From sequence record NC_041916.1: a stretch of 64,000 nucleotides of DNA; one strand, written 5' to 3'. This document shows positions 34,471-45,600 of the stretch, one piece after another (position 1 is the stretch's first letter; every line of letters starts with the position of its first letter). Both the position numbers and the translations under genes were made by a program. A model generated the notes under the pieces. That model was not told the origin of the DNA and did no database searches. It saw only the letters and a list, made by a program, of their open reading frames with translations.

Positions 34471-34762
34471 CTGTTTGCTCCTATATTTTAAATAAAGACA
34501 ATAACCAATAATAAGGGAAGTCCAGTTAAAGATACCCTCATTAAATCCCTGTTCCTATTCTATAGCAAATAACTTTTTACGAATGACACTGTGGTTGGTT
34601 GTCTTCGAACGTCGTAACGACACAAGGTTTGCTCTCGAGTTAGATATTTTCAGGTCGCATAATTTAAAGGAACGGTGGGGTGCATTTACCCCACCCCCTT
34701 ATTTTGCATTTTGGAATTTTATTGAACACCAACCCTCATCAACCCTATTAAGGTGACGTATT

Positions 34763-35608
34763 ATGAACTGTGTAGATTATGCGATCAACGAAGTGGTAGA
34801 AGGTGGGGACATCTCCAGTTATGTGTTAGAGCTCGCTTTCGCCAACCCCAATCAAAACGTCGTAGACAACTGGTTACAAGACCCGTTGAACTACAGCGTT
34901 GAACAAGGTCTGCGAGAACGCGTAATTCACGGCGTTGTCCTTAAACGTTGTAATATCCAAGGTGGTATTACCGAGCTTCTCGATCTGACCGGATCCAGCA
35001 TCATTGACTTAGGTCAATCTAAATTACAAGTCCAAGTTCCGGACTTTATCACTGGTGGTCGTAAGATCGTTTCAGTGGCGGAAGTGTACCAAGGTTCTAT
35101 CGGTGCTTCTAGCGGTGTGCTTTCCATGGCAGCTCAGAACGTGGGCTGTGGTGAAGGGACCCTCAACGACATGATGGCGGGGATGGTCAACGGTATGCGT
35201 TCTAACCGTTCTATTCCTCAAACCTTCACCAACATCCAAGTCGTGGGTAACAACACCTTCATCATCCATAACTGTCCTGCGGGTATTTTCTCTATGACCG
35301 CTCGTGTCATTTTGGAATCCGACGATAACCTTTCTCACATCAACCCGAGAGCTTATCCTTACTTCGCCCATTTGGTCGAATTAGCAACCAAAGCTCACAT
35401 CTACAAACACGTTCGTAACAAAATCAACGAAGGTGTTGTTCGTGGTGGTGTGAACCTCGATTCAGTTCGCGATGAAGTCTACGGTTACCAAGACGCTTGG
35501 AAAGATTACAACGAATACTTTGAAAACGAATGGCTCAAGTACATGTCGTACTCCGATGTGAACCGTAAGGCTGAAGCGATTCGTAAGTCAGTTCCAAGGA
35601 GAATGTAG
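34763..35608 (+). CDS. Probable virion protein, possibly a T4 gp13-like neck/head-tail adaptor
   Basis: 281 aa; C-terminal G.V.GGV.L...followed by a long amphipathic helix resembles gp13-type adaptors; AAGGT SD. Confidence 0.45.
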   Translation: MNCVDYAINEVVEGGDISSYVLELAFANPNQNVVDNWLQDPLNYSVEQGLRERVIHGVVLKRCNIQGGITELLDLTGSSIIDLGQSKLQVQVPDFITGGRKIVSVAEVYQGSIGASSGVLSMAAQNVGCGEGTLNDMMAGMVNGMRSNRSIPQTFTNIQVVGNNTFIIHNCPAGIFSMTARVILESDDNLSHINPRAYPYFAHLVELATKAHIYKHVRNKINEGVVRGGVNLDSVRDEVYGYQDAWKDYNEYFENEWLKYMSYSDVNRKAEAIRKSVPRRM

Positions 35609-36979
35609 ATGGATAAGTTTTATGACGTGTTCGGAGGGGAATCCTTCTACGAACCTACGGTGAGTTTGTTTAACGACTTACCGTACGAGTCAAAAGACCC
35701 AATGCTGGTTGACGGGATGGAGTCTTTGATTCCTAACTTCAACTACAACCGTGATAACGCCATCTTAGATGTCTGTGAGCAATTTGGTCGAGATCTAGTA
35801 ATCGACACCAAATGGGCAACGACACTAAAACGTTACATGTTTAACTTCACCACTCGTAAAGTCGGGATTACTGACTACGGTGAGTTTTTCGGTTCTCCTT
35901 ACTTAGGTCTTCAAAAGATCACTTTCACCACCGCTGACCGTAATGAATGGTTTACGGATATTTGGGATGTGGACGAAGAAGAACTGAAAGAAAGTTTGCA
36001 TGAATGTAAATGGGTGAATAAAGACTGGGCGGTAACTGGTGACGTATTCAACTTGACTATCCCTTATTTGTTGTGGAAGATCCAACAATCTAAACAACTT
36101 CCTTCTGGGATGAAACGTGAAGCGCAGATCATCGTTCTCTTTATGTATCATTGTAAATGTATTACGTCGATGATTCATAACGACTATCCGTACCTAGCGA
36201 AGCCTGAGATCGTCTATGAGACGTACAACCGACTAAGTCTGAAGTACGACATCAAAAAGTACGAAAGCTGGCGAGCGTTGTTCCTAGCGCGTGCTGAGTA
36301 CATCCTCAGTCCGACCACTGGCATTCACTACAAAACATTCATGACGATGAATGACGATAAGAAAATCATTTACATGGTAGGTGATATTCAAGACCGTCTT
36401 CGTGGTTTGGTGAACGACATCAACAAAGTGTTCCATGACGTGAAGAACCGCACCAACATCATGCAGCTCGATAAAGCGCATGTGAACATGGAAGAAGGGA
36501 TGACGGTCAAAGAGATCGCCAAACAAGTGAACGTTTACAAAAACTACGCCAAACAAATCTTAAGTGCTCCAACGGGATTCTACCGAGATGAGTACGCGGA
36601 CATCATTGTTAAGAAAATCGACAATGCCCCTAAAGATAAGTTGGAACGTATTTTGAAGGAGTTCCCGGGTAACTACCAAGCGAAGAACAAGCGTGGTCAG
36701 TATTATCAGGAATTCGTAGACGAAGTCCTAACTCACTTGTTTGAGTACTTAACCAATAACCGCATTAAGCAAACCAACTTGCGTGAAGTGATTAACCGCA
36801 TGGCGGGTACTTATGCGTCCCCTCGTAACCAAAACGAATCGGTTTTGAAAATGCGAGCCATGGGTGATGACATCGTACAAGACCTAACGGGTATTCGTAC
36901 TCGTGTCACGTACTCTTCATTACGCACTGCTTTGATGTTATACATCGTTCTTCGTGTCTTAACCAAAGATCGAAATTAA
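35609..36979 (+). CDS. Conserved hypothetical helical protein, probably virion/assembly-related
   Basis: 456-aa ORF starting immediately after the preceding stop; core-like codon usage; no catalytic motif recognised. Confidence 0.65.
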   Translation: MDKFYDVFGGESFYEPTVSLFNDLPYESKDPMLVDGMESLIPNFNYNRDNAILDVCEQFGRDLVIDTKWATTLKRYMFNFTTRKVGITDYGEFFGSPYLGLQKITFTTADRNEWFTDIWDVDEEELKESLHECKWVNKDWAVTGDVFNLTIPYLLWKIQQSKQLPSGMKREAQIIVLFMYHCKCITSMIHNDYPYLAKPEIVYETYNRLSLKYDIKKYESWRALFLARAEYILSPTTGIHYKTFMTMNDDKKIIYMVGDIQDRLRGLVNDINKVFHDVKNRTNIMQLDKAHVNMEEGMTVKEIAKQVNVYKNYAKQILSAPTGFYRDEYADIIVKKIDNAPKDKLERILKEFPGNYQAKNKRGQYYQEFVDEVLTHLFEYLTNNRIKQTNLREVINRMAGTYASPRNQNESVLKMRAMGDDIVQDLTGIRTRVTYSSLRTALMLYIVLRVLTKDRN

Positions 36980-37041
36980 CCGTAACTGTGAGCGGGAGTT
37001 TATGACTCCCGTTTATTTTTTTGTTTTAAGGATTTTTTATA

Positions 37042-37680
37042 ATGAAAACCACCCCTTTAGTTGTCGCCTTTGAAGGTATTGATTACGCTGGTAAGTCTAC
37101 TCTCATTGATGGGATTCGTGGCATGATTCATCGTGATGGTCGTCCAGTCCCTCCGGTTTTTGCGGAACCTCGCAAAGACACCCAAGAATGGCGAGACATT
37201 CGTAAGATGGTGATTTCTCCGACCATCCCTAAAGTTGGTCAAATTCACATGAGTGTGGCGTCTCGTGTTTCGTTGTATCAAGACCATATCGTTAAAGAGC
37301 TCAAAGAAGGCAAGCTGGTTTTCACTGATCGTTGTGTTCTGACTTCTATGGTGTATCAACAAGACGAGAACCACGGGGATAAAGAGATCTTAGATTTCAA
37401 TACCCGTGCTGGTTACCATCTGGAACATAACGTAGTGCCTGATATCGTCGTCTACCTTGAGATCGATCACGACACCTACATGTCACGCCTAGGACGAGAT
37501 CGTGCGGAAACGGAAGATGTGGAAACCTTCATCAGTGATCCAGTGAACTTCCAAACCTACTTAAACCGTTACTTTGATGCGTTGAAAAGTCTGCGTAACC
37601 TCCACGGGACTAAGATGATTTTCTCTAATGACCCAGAGTACGTGTATGAACAACTTAAAGCGTTGGGTTGTGAGTTTTAA
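37042..37680 (+). CDS. tmk: Thymidylate (dTMP) kinase
   Basis: FEGIDYAGKSTL P-loop, EP, DR...TS.VYQ and PD...YL motifs. Confidence 0.92.
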   Translation: MKTTPLVVAFEGIDYAGKSTLIDGIRGMIHRDGRPVPPVFAEPRKDTQEWRDIRKMVISPTIPKVGQIHMSVASRVSLYQDHIVKELKEGKLVFTDRCVLTSMVYQQDENHGDKEILDFNTRAGYHLEHNVVPDIVVYLEIDHDTYMSRLGRDRAETEDVETFISDPVNFQTYLNRYFDALKSLRNLHGTKMIFSNDPEYVYEQLKALGCEF

Positions 37681-37807
37681 CTGGGTTGTATATTTTATGT
37701 GCTGACATAAGTTTTGGGTTTTGGATGCACGTGATAACTCCTTTCTTGAAATAAAACCTCGTTGCAGTTAGTTGGCGTTAACTGCATACGTTGATCTTGG
37801 CGTATTA

Positions 37808-37850
37808 ATAACTCCTACTCCTTTCGGAGTAGGAGTTATTTTTGCTTTTT
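37808..37850 (+). terminator. Rho-independent terminator between tmk and terL
   Basis: ATAACTCCTACTCC-TTTC-GGAGTAGGAGTTAT (14-bp stem) followed by TTTTGCTTTTT. Confidence 0.8.
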
Positions 37851-37856
37851 GCTTAT

Positions 37857-40190
37857 TTATCGACGTGGACGACCACGTTTGTTTTCCAAAGAACGAATAC
37901 GACGTTCTTCTTCTGCTTTACGTTTAATGTCGTCAATGGTGATGGATTTACGAATCTCATTAGGAATCATCGCATGTAAACGATCCAAAGCCACTTCTAA
38001 ACGTGCTGCGATAATCGGGTCGTCAGTTTCAAACAGTTTCGCCGTTACTTCCTCGATCTTCTGTTTGTAGAAAGCCGTGCGCTTTTCTTGAACAGGGTCA
38101 GGTAATTCTTTCTTAGCATCCCCTAAACGAAGCATATCGACTGAACTCAAAGAAATACCGTTCGGGATACCGTACTCGTTTTTGTTTTCGCCTAGTTTAA
38201 TAAACCAGTACGTCAACAACCAACTGATAACGATATCATCGTGGTTACCGGTGTCGTGGTCAATACGACCGTTCTTCAATTTCAGGTTGGTCAACTCATC
38301 AATCAGTTTCGTGTAATGAGTACCACTGCCCGTCAAGCTTACCGCTTCTTCTAGGAACCCGTACATGGTTTCACGAGACTTCGCACCGGTGTTAAATCCA
38401 AAGAACTCTTTGTACTTGAGATAGAACGCATCATTACGGTTACCGAAGCTACGAGCTTTAATATCACGATAATGATTTTGGTACTTCATTGGGTCTTGGA
38501 AGATACGGTTATAGATCTTCTTAAACGGATCCAGTCCCATTGCTGGTAACGATTGCAACAACTGATCGATCATGTGGTGAGCGTAGTTACGTTCTGGTAT
38601 CAATAACGAATCAGGAAGCTCTGTAAGCAACGTTTGGACCACCATGCCTACCTCGGTTAAGAAAGCACGTTGATAACGCCCTACACCCACTACCTTGCCG
38701 TTACGGATATCACGGACTACAATCGTACACGCATCTCGACCTACCGCACCGGAAGTATCCAGACCGATCAAGTAGAAAGTGCTCGCTTTAGCACCACTCA
38801 TGATCTCTGCGTGTTCTTCTGGACTAATGAACCAGTCGAAGAACAATGACGTTCCAGCGATTTGTTGACTCCAAACACGACCGCGTTTAGCATCGTTTAA
38901 AGCATCACGAGTTTCGTCATCAAACAGTTTACCTTTGCCGTTGTCATCCCACATCAACAACAAGTCGATCTTAGCCTCACTGAGTGACAGCTTAAGTTCG
39001 TCGATGGTACGTTTAACCCAATCTCGGTCTTTACCAAGTTGTAGGTAGTTAAACACCATACCGACCGAAGGACTGGTGGTTGCCTTAGGAGAGTTCTTCA
39101 ACAACACATCGTACAAATGCGATTCGCTGTAAGTATCGAAATAGTTCTCACGCCATTCCGTAGACTCCATCAGGATGTTGTACATGTACGCCCCAGACTC
39201 AGTTAGAACACTGGCAGGTGTTGTGATGAAGCCGGTAGCGTAAGGTTCGTTTAGACGACGAGCGTTTTCACGAGCGGTTAGTGTAGAAGGACCTGCACCG
39301 TTGAGGATCTCTTCCATCCACTTAATGTACGCCGGCTCATCTATAAAGCGGGACTTGATGGTCAAACCACGACCTACGTTTCGTGCCGCTTCTTGACCGA
39401 TTTGCGGTACTGAAATGGTAAGTTTGTTCTTAACCTCATCACCAAAGGCAGAGTAGGTTAAGGAGTTACCCGCATCTTTATCTCGATAAGTGACGTTAGT
39501 CATCCAAGACGGTATGTTGTTCCGGATACCTTTAATGGCGTCAACGAACTGTTGTCGGTTATCGTCTTTCAGTGTGATCAAGTGAGATTCGTACGCACGA
39601 CCACTGATGTAAGTTAACCAGAAAAAGATACATTGTGCTGTAACGGTCTTACCTTGCTGACGAGGAAGAATCAGCATGGTGGTCAAATGGTTTAACCAAC
39701 ACCAAGCGAAACTGATGTTAGCACGGTTAGCACGGAAACGGATACCGCCGTTCAAGTGACACACTTCACGTAAGAAATACCAGAAGTTCTCTCGCATTTC
39801 CTGCATGATCATCAAACGTTGATCATCGGTTAAATTAGGGTCACGAGGATTAACACCCACTAACGCTGGGTTGTTAAGTTGTAAGTGGAAAGCACAGTTC
39901 TTCACTTTCATCTTACGGAAAACATCCATGGTACGTATAAAGGACGTGTTGGAAGTCTTCATGTCAGGTCTAGCACGGTAACGCTGGAAGTCTTTCATAA
40001 AACGAACGGTCTTGATAGAACGTAACGTATCTTCTTTCCAGTGAGTTTCTAGCAACTCTTCCCAAGAACGCTCTGGGACGTCATCTGACGGGTCGTCTAC
40101 CATTTTGGTAGGTAGTGTATCCTTTTGTATGTTTAAGTACTTCAGGACCTGTTCTTGCTCGATTAAATTGAATTCTAATGGCGCACCCAT
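37857..40190 (-). CDS. terL: Terminase large subunit
   Basis: Walker A LPRQQGKT, Walker B FIDEPAY, and nuclease motifs GLDTSG and HDDIVISW; 777 aa. Confidence 0.93.
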   Translation of the reverse strand: MGAPLEFNLIEQEQVLKYLNIQKDTLPTKMVDDPSDDVPERSWEELLETHWKEDTLRSIKTVRFMKDFQRYRARPDMKTSNTSFIRTMDVFRKMKVKNCAFHLQLNNPALVGVNPRDPNLTDDQRLMIMQEMRENFWYFLREVCHLNGGIRFRANRANISFAWCWLNHLTTMLILPRQQGKTVTAQCIFFWLTYISGRAYESHLITLKDDNRQQFVDAIKGIRNNIPSWMTNVTYRDKDAGNSLTYSAFGDEVKNKLTISVPQIGQEAARNVGRGLTIKSRFIDEPAYIKWMEEILNGAGPSTLTARENARRLNEPYATGFITTPASVLTESGAYMYNILMESTEWRENYFDTYSESHLYDVLLKNSPKATTSPSVGMVFNYLQLGKDRDWVKRTIDELKLSLSEAKIDLLLMWDDNGKGKLFDDETRDALNDAKRGRVWSQQIAGTSLFFDWFISPEEHAEIMSGAKASTFYLIGLDTSGAVGRDACTIVVRDIRNGKVVGVGRYQRAFLTEVGMVVQTLLTELPDSLLIPERNYAHHMIDQLLQSLPAMGLDPFKKIYNRIFQDPMKYQNHYRDIKARSFGNRNDAFYLKYKEFFGFNTGAKSRETMYGFLEEAVSLTGSGTHYTKLIDELTNLKLKNGRIDHDTGNHDDIVISWLLTYWFIKLGENKNEYGIPNGISLSSVDMLRLGDAKKELPDPVQEKRTAFYKQKIEEVTAKLFETDDPIIAARLEVALDRLHAMIPNEIRKSITIDDIKRKAEEERRIRSLENKRGRPRR

Positions 40191-40233
40191 AATAACTCCT
40201 TGCTTAATGGCACGGGTTCTATACGATTCGTAA

Positions 40234-40265
40234 ATAGCTAGGTGGGGTCAACCCCACCTAGCTAT
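40234..40265 (-). terminator. Hairpin after the 756-aa gene
   Basis: ATAGCTAGGTGGGG-TCAA-CCCCACCTAGCTAT, a perfect 14-bp stem. Confidence 0.7.
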
Positions 40266-40277
40266 AATAACGAGTGA

Positions 40278-42548
40278 TTACGCCACTGGAATAGTGATCA
40301 TTTTCTCTGTACGTCTCACAACGAAACGAAGATCCAACGAATCAGTAGGTTGGATATAAGCCGTGGTGTACATATATCCATTTTCGTTAGTTAGACCGTT
40401 ACCGCACCACGTCCAACCACCATTAACGAGGTCTCGGGTGTAGATGGTAATAAAGTCACCGCTGATCGGATTATCAAACTCATCCAAGTAACGACAACCC
40501 ACATCAAGGGATGTGGTCCCCGGAGCTATACTAGACGGAGTTGGGTCGACGATTTCGATTTTCTTAACGCGTTCCGGACCTACCCAAATCGTCATTCGAT
40601 CTGAATGTCCACCGTCTGGAGTTGACAACCAAAGATCGAATTTCTCACCACTTGCTGGCACTATGATGTCGATACTGAATGAACTGTCTTCCTCAGTCAT
40701 CGCAGTGTGAGTAGAAACGATCTCCGTATCGACGACTACCTTAGCGGTCAGTTCTATTGGTCCGGTGTCTTTAGTACTGTCTTCCCACGTCATGGCTCTC
40801 ATTTTACCAGTGAACGTAAGGATGTCACCATTGGTAACCCCATCAGGGAAACTCGGGTTATCGAAACGATAAAAATCGTAAACCGGTGCAGTACCGTCAT
40901 CCCAAGTCACGTCCACGATCGACATTTCCATTCCGATGCCAACGTATACCTTATTAGGTTCGCTAGCCTTAGGACGTTGTGGAGGAACACTGAGTTCGAA
41001 GTACCCGGTGTCATCAGTAGAGAACATGTGCTTGGTGTCAAAGTCACCAGAACGAGCAATCACACTAGCACGCTGAGTAAGAACCTCGCCGTCTGAACCA
41101 AATACGTACCCGCCCATGATCGCTGGTTGATACGGGTGTAAGTGGGTAGGGTGTGAAATCATCTTAATCGATTTAGGAACCACTTCCCCTTCGGCTGCAC
41201 CTTCGACCCTAATGCTGACGTCACGCTCTCCGATGATGGCGAACAGTTCACGTTGACCGTTTATTTCACTCCAAGGGATGGTGTGATACACAAGACCGTC
41301 CTTATCACCTACCATGGTCCCTACTACCGCACTATCTACGGAATCGTATTTAAAGGTGACTTCTGTCCCACCGCTCACTTTATCAAGTCTGTCACGACAA
41401 GCCATAGGAATGCGTAAGGATTCCCCGTGAGGAGCTTTCAGTGTTCCGTTAGTCAATCGTTCGACGTAAGGGACAACTTCCCCTTCGATATCTTTGATGA
41501 TGAAATCTTCAGCCGTAGCTACGACGTAAGTACAAACCCCGCTTTCCGGAGTGATGTTGATAGAGAAGCGACCGGTGTTGTCGGTGTATTCACTCGTCTG
41601 GAAATCCAGATCACCCCATTCGGTTTTGGTGTAAAGAAAAATGAAGGCGGTTTTCATAATCGCGCCGGCTGCATTTCTAAGTGTACCGGTGAGGTTAAGA
41701 CTGGTGTATTCAGGAACTGCCGTTGGGACAGGATCAAGTTCAATACGTCCCATGATCGTTCTGGCCGTACTCGACCACGTCACGTCCACCGTATCAGACT
41801 TCCCACCTGATGACATCTCGAATTCCACGCTGGTTGTTTTAGTGCCTGCTGGAGAATCCAGTTTAACCATGACGATACCATGCTCGTCACTCACCAATAC
41901 CGTCTCAAACGGATACTCGTCTGATAACGAACGAACTTGTACCGGGATGCCTGCGATGGCTTTGCCGTCGACATCTTTAACCGTACCGAACAGAGTCCAC
42001 ACTTCACCAATTTTGGTACTGAAACGATGGTACATCGGTACCACTTCACCGACTGCAACGTAGTCACTGATGTGTTCGTCCAACACTCCGCCCGCTGCGT
42101 TTTTCAGTTCATGGTTCTCTACACCCACACTGGTTTTAGACCACGGCACTTCTACAATACCGTTAGTCGGGATAGGAATGTGAAGATCTTCATATCCTGA
42201 GATCTCTGCGTGGATACTAATGTACTCGCCTTCGGTTGCGGTGTAGTTAGTCCCGTCCTCATTCTTTAATTGATAAGTCACTACTGAATCAGCGTTGAAT
42301 GGCATGGTAGGATATGTACCAGAAATAATCTCAGCAGTGAGTGGGATACCGGTAAAGGTAATAGTGTGCTCCCCAACCTTACGAATGCCATGGTGGATGG
42401 TGAACTTGACCGGTCCGATATTAGGAGTAGGGGCGGCAGTTAATTGCCATGAACCGTCGGGCTCTGTTGTTACAGTAATGTCTGGAAGACCGTCGTCTCG
42501 TTTAACAATAAGTTCAAGAACGTCACCGGATTTGGTATCAGAACTCAT
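40278..42548 (-). CDS. Ig-like (Big/invasin-type) repeat protein, 756 aa; putative virion fibre/adhesin
   Basis: Repeated ~90-100-aa beta modules (G.V.D.DG..I....V; TD..G.F; V.W); N-terminal KRDDGLPDI...DGSW module shared with the paralogs. Confidence 0.75.
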   Translation of the reverse strand: MSSDTKSGDVLELIVKRDDGLPDITVTTEPDGSWQLTAAPTPNIGPVKFTIHHGIRKVGEHTITFTGIPLTAEIISGTYPTMPFNADSVVTYQLKNEDGTNYTATEGEYISIHAEISGYEDLHIPIPTNGIVEVPWSKTSVGVENHELKNAAGGVLDEHISDYVAVGEVVPMYHRFSTKIGEVWTLFGTVKDVDGKAIAGIPVQVRSLSDEYPFETVLVSDEHGIVMVKLDSPAGTKTTSVEFEMSSGGKSDTVDVTWSSTARTIMGRIELDPVPTAVPEYTSLNLTGTLRNAAGAIMKTAFIFLYTKTEWGDLDFQTSEYTDNTGRFSINITPESGVCTYVVATAEDFIIKDIEGEVVPYVERLTNGTLKAPHGESLRIPMACRDRLDKVSGGTEVTFKYDSVDSAVVGTMVGDKDGLVYHTIPWSEINGQRELFAIIGERDVSIRVEGAAEGEVVPKSIKMISHPTHLHPYQPAIMGGYVFGSDGEVLTQRASVIARSGDFDTKHMFSTDDTGYFELSVPPQRPKASEPNKVYVGIGMEMSIVDVTWDDGTAPVYDFYRFDNPSFPDGVTNGDILTFTGKMRAMTWEDSTKDTGPIELTAKVVVDTEIVSTHTAMTEEDSSFSIDIIVPASGEKFDLWLSTPDGGHSDRMTIWVGPERVKKIEIVDPTPSSIAPGTTSLDVGCRYLDEFDNPISGDFITIYTRDLVNGGWTWCGNGLTNENGYMYTTAYIQPTDSLDLRFVVRRTEKMITIPVA

Positions 42549-42592
42549 AAATCATTCCTTACTTGTTGAAAATGGTCATACGATGTTAAGAA

Positions 42593-42622
42593 AACCAAGT
42601 AGGGGATTAACCCTACTTGGTT
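42593..42622 (-). terminator. Hairpin after the 1156-aa gene
   Basis: AACCAAGTAGGG-GATTAA-CCCTACTTGGTT, a 12-bp stem. Confidence 0.7.
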
Positions 42623-42638
42623 AAGTTTTTAAGGTTTA

Positions 42639-45600
42639 TTAAACGATGTTAAGATCAATGTCACCTAGGTAGATATCACCGTAGTAAGACGTGAAGCTTA
42701 ACGTTAATGGACCTGCGGCCTCGTACTTACGAGTAAGCGACCAAGTACCGTCACTGTTGTAAGTAGGTTTAGCAGTAACACCATCTGTACCGTGGCACGA
42801 TGGGCTTTGTGTCCAGTTACTAAACGTGGTAGGTTCACCATTAGAATCCAATACCTTACCGGTCAAGACGACTTCTTGCGCTGAAGCATTGATCGTAGCG
42901 CTCACCCCGTCATCCAATACGAGTGATTGGTAATCAGGGTTGCCAGAACGCCATGCGACTGTCTTAGAAGAAACAAGCGCATCGGTACCGTAGTAGAGTT
43001 CGAATGAAGTTACGTTAGGGTCTGGTTGCGTAATGCCGAATTCCACCCAACCGTTTTCATCCACATCGTTAGAACGATCGACGTAAACGCCAGTGTGGTT
43101 ATCAAACGTACCGAACGGTGTTGGCCCCGGAATAGGGACACCGAAGCGGTCAGTGATTTGAGCACGGAACTTAGCTAGGGTGGCTGTCTTAAGAGTCTTG
43201 GTCATGTAAACGTTGTTGTAACCTAGGTTATCTTTAAGAAGATTACCAACCCCACTTTCATGGATGGTCCAATCCATCGTGAACGCTTGACTCAAGCCAC
43301 AAGCAGACAACGTGTAATCCACAATGCCTTCAGGTTTTTCCTTAGGAGTCAGGATGACACTGAAGCCGATTGAAGAGTCAGCGACGGTACCTGAAGTCAA
43401 GCGCACTGAGTCACCGGTTGCCGATTCATTAACTGCAATCGGAACACCAGCCAGTGGCAGACCATCGTTATCTTTAAGAACTACAAGGAGTCGAGCACCG
43501 TTACTCTCTGACTTAGTTTGACTCATCGGAGATAACTCAAGAGTGATCGCTGAACGCCACTTAATAGTTCTCGTCGCGAATGACACACCACCGATTTGGA
43601 ATTGAGCTTCGATATCACCCGCTACATCGTAGTTGACAGTAACACTGAACTCACCCGTTGGCTTGATCACACCTACCGCAGTGGTTTCACCCATGACTAA
43701 GTCAAAAGACTCATCCGCTGGAGGTAAGTAAATATCACCGTATTGGTTCAAGATATTACCAGTCAGTGTAATGTCTGAATTTATCACACCGGCGTCAACA
43801 TTACCAAGCATGTCAACCCCACCCGGAACACCTTGGACACGTTCGAAGGTAAGCACTTTCGAAACCATCGCGTCGTCAGTCATGAACCACACTTTGTTTT
43901 CGCCCGGAGTAAACTCACCGATAGAAGCTGTACCTAGACCTGCGTCATTAATAAAGAAGCTGGTCTTAGATGTGTCGCCCGGAGTAAAGGTGTAGTTGCT
44001 CCATGTAGAAACTTGCTTGTTACCTTCGTGGTCATAAACTTCCACATTGACGTCGGTCTTAATCGGACCATTGACAACCTCTGGGAAGTTAAGGATACGA
44101 ATGTCGGTCATGCGAGGTTCTGACAAGTCATTCCAGTAAACCGTCTTCGAGAAGTAGTAGCTGGTCGCACTGTTTACTTTGAAACGTCTTGATGTCTCAC
44201 CTTCAGTGTAAGGGATGGTGAACTCCAAAGTACCGAACTTATCGGTCATGCCACGGATCAACTGAGTGTTGTCCACGCCATCTCTAACATCGAGGATAAC
44301 CCCTTCTACCGGCTGTTCGTCACTGACACGGTATACGTAAACACCCGCTTGGTAATCATTACCTTCGATTGCTCCGTATGACGTATGAGGTGATGCCATC
44401 ACTTTCAGGTCTTCTACCGGAACCGTGAATTCACCCAAGACTCGATCGTCAATCATGAACTCAAACGTAGGAGAAGTATCTTGATCAGTTTCAAGAGTAA
44501 GCAGATCGATTCTAGCAACACCATCAGGATAAACCAGACCGTAACCGCGGTCTGATAGGTCAGCCTTGTTACGTACCGTCATCTTCATCGGATGGGACGG
44601 CTTAGTTAACACTGAACCGCTGTCAAGCGTATTCAAATGCAGACGAGTGGTGTGATCTTCTTTCAGCACACTTGGCGTGAAGTCTTCAAACTCGACACTG
44701 ATTGCTTCGTTGCTCGCTGCACCACCCCAGTTCAGTTGAACCGCGTGACGTGCGTTACCGTAACACACTACCGCGTCATACAGACCATCTGGAAGAGCAT
44801 CGACCGTAACACCTAGTTCGTGATGCGATTTGTCCATCAAAACTGTCACAGGAAGTTTGGTCATCGTGTTCTTAATGAAGACAGAACACTCCGCTTCCAT
44901 GAAGTCCCAAACCTTACCAAGGGCGAAAGCTTTAAAGGTGATCAATGAAGCCACGTCGGTTTCAGTAGATTCCAGTGCCATCACTTCACGAAGTTCATCA
45001 GGTGCAGACTTCATGCCGTAAGTCATTACACGAATGTGTGCACGACTGTCACCTTCACGCACACCCTTACCACGTGCTGCAAAGTAAGAATCGCTCACTT
45101 GCTGAGACATAATACGTGTGAATTCCACGATGCCGTATTTGTCGGTCACTTGAGTGTCCAGCACTTCATCGGTGTTTTGATCAATCAGTTCGATTTCTTC
45201 ACCGACCAAAGGAACACCGTTAGGGTCCACAACCTTAAATGGTAAGAAGGCAGCCGTGTGGATTTGAACTTCTGTTACGGCGTAGTTCAAGTTACTGACA
45301 ACACGTGCAGGTGGGATGTATAACTCTGCCGCCACTTCGTGAGCGTAGTTGTCACAATAAACCATCAGGTTACGAGGAGACGATAGTTCCGCACCGTCTG
45401 GTGCGTTCCAAGTCGTGCCAACCAAATCACCTTCCAAGTCAGTGTGTTCGTTGGTAACGTTCGTCAACAAATTAAGGTCGTAAACGTAAATGTTTTTGTT
45501 TGGTACGACTGCACCGGTGGAGTCTTTAGGAATACCGCTTAAGTCCCCCACTTTGAGATCAAGAACTTTATCAGTAAAGGTCAGTTCGTCAATCGTCATT

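Noticed and set aside
34584-34757. 57-codon plus-strand ORF in the divergent intergenic region
   Set aside because: No SD, runs through a hairpin and promoter-like AT tracts; probably incidental.
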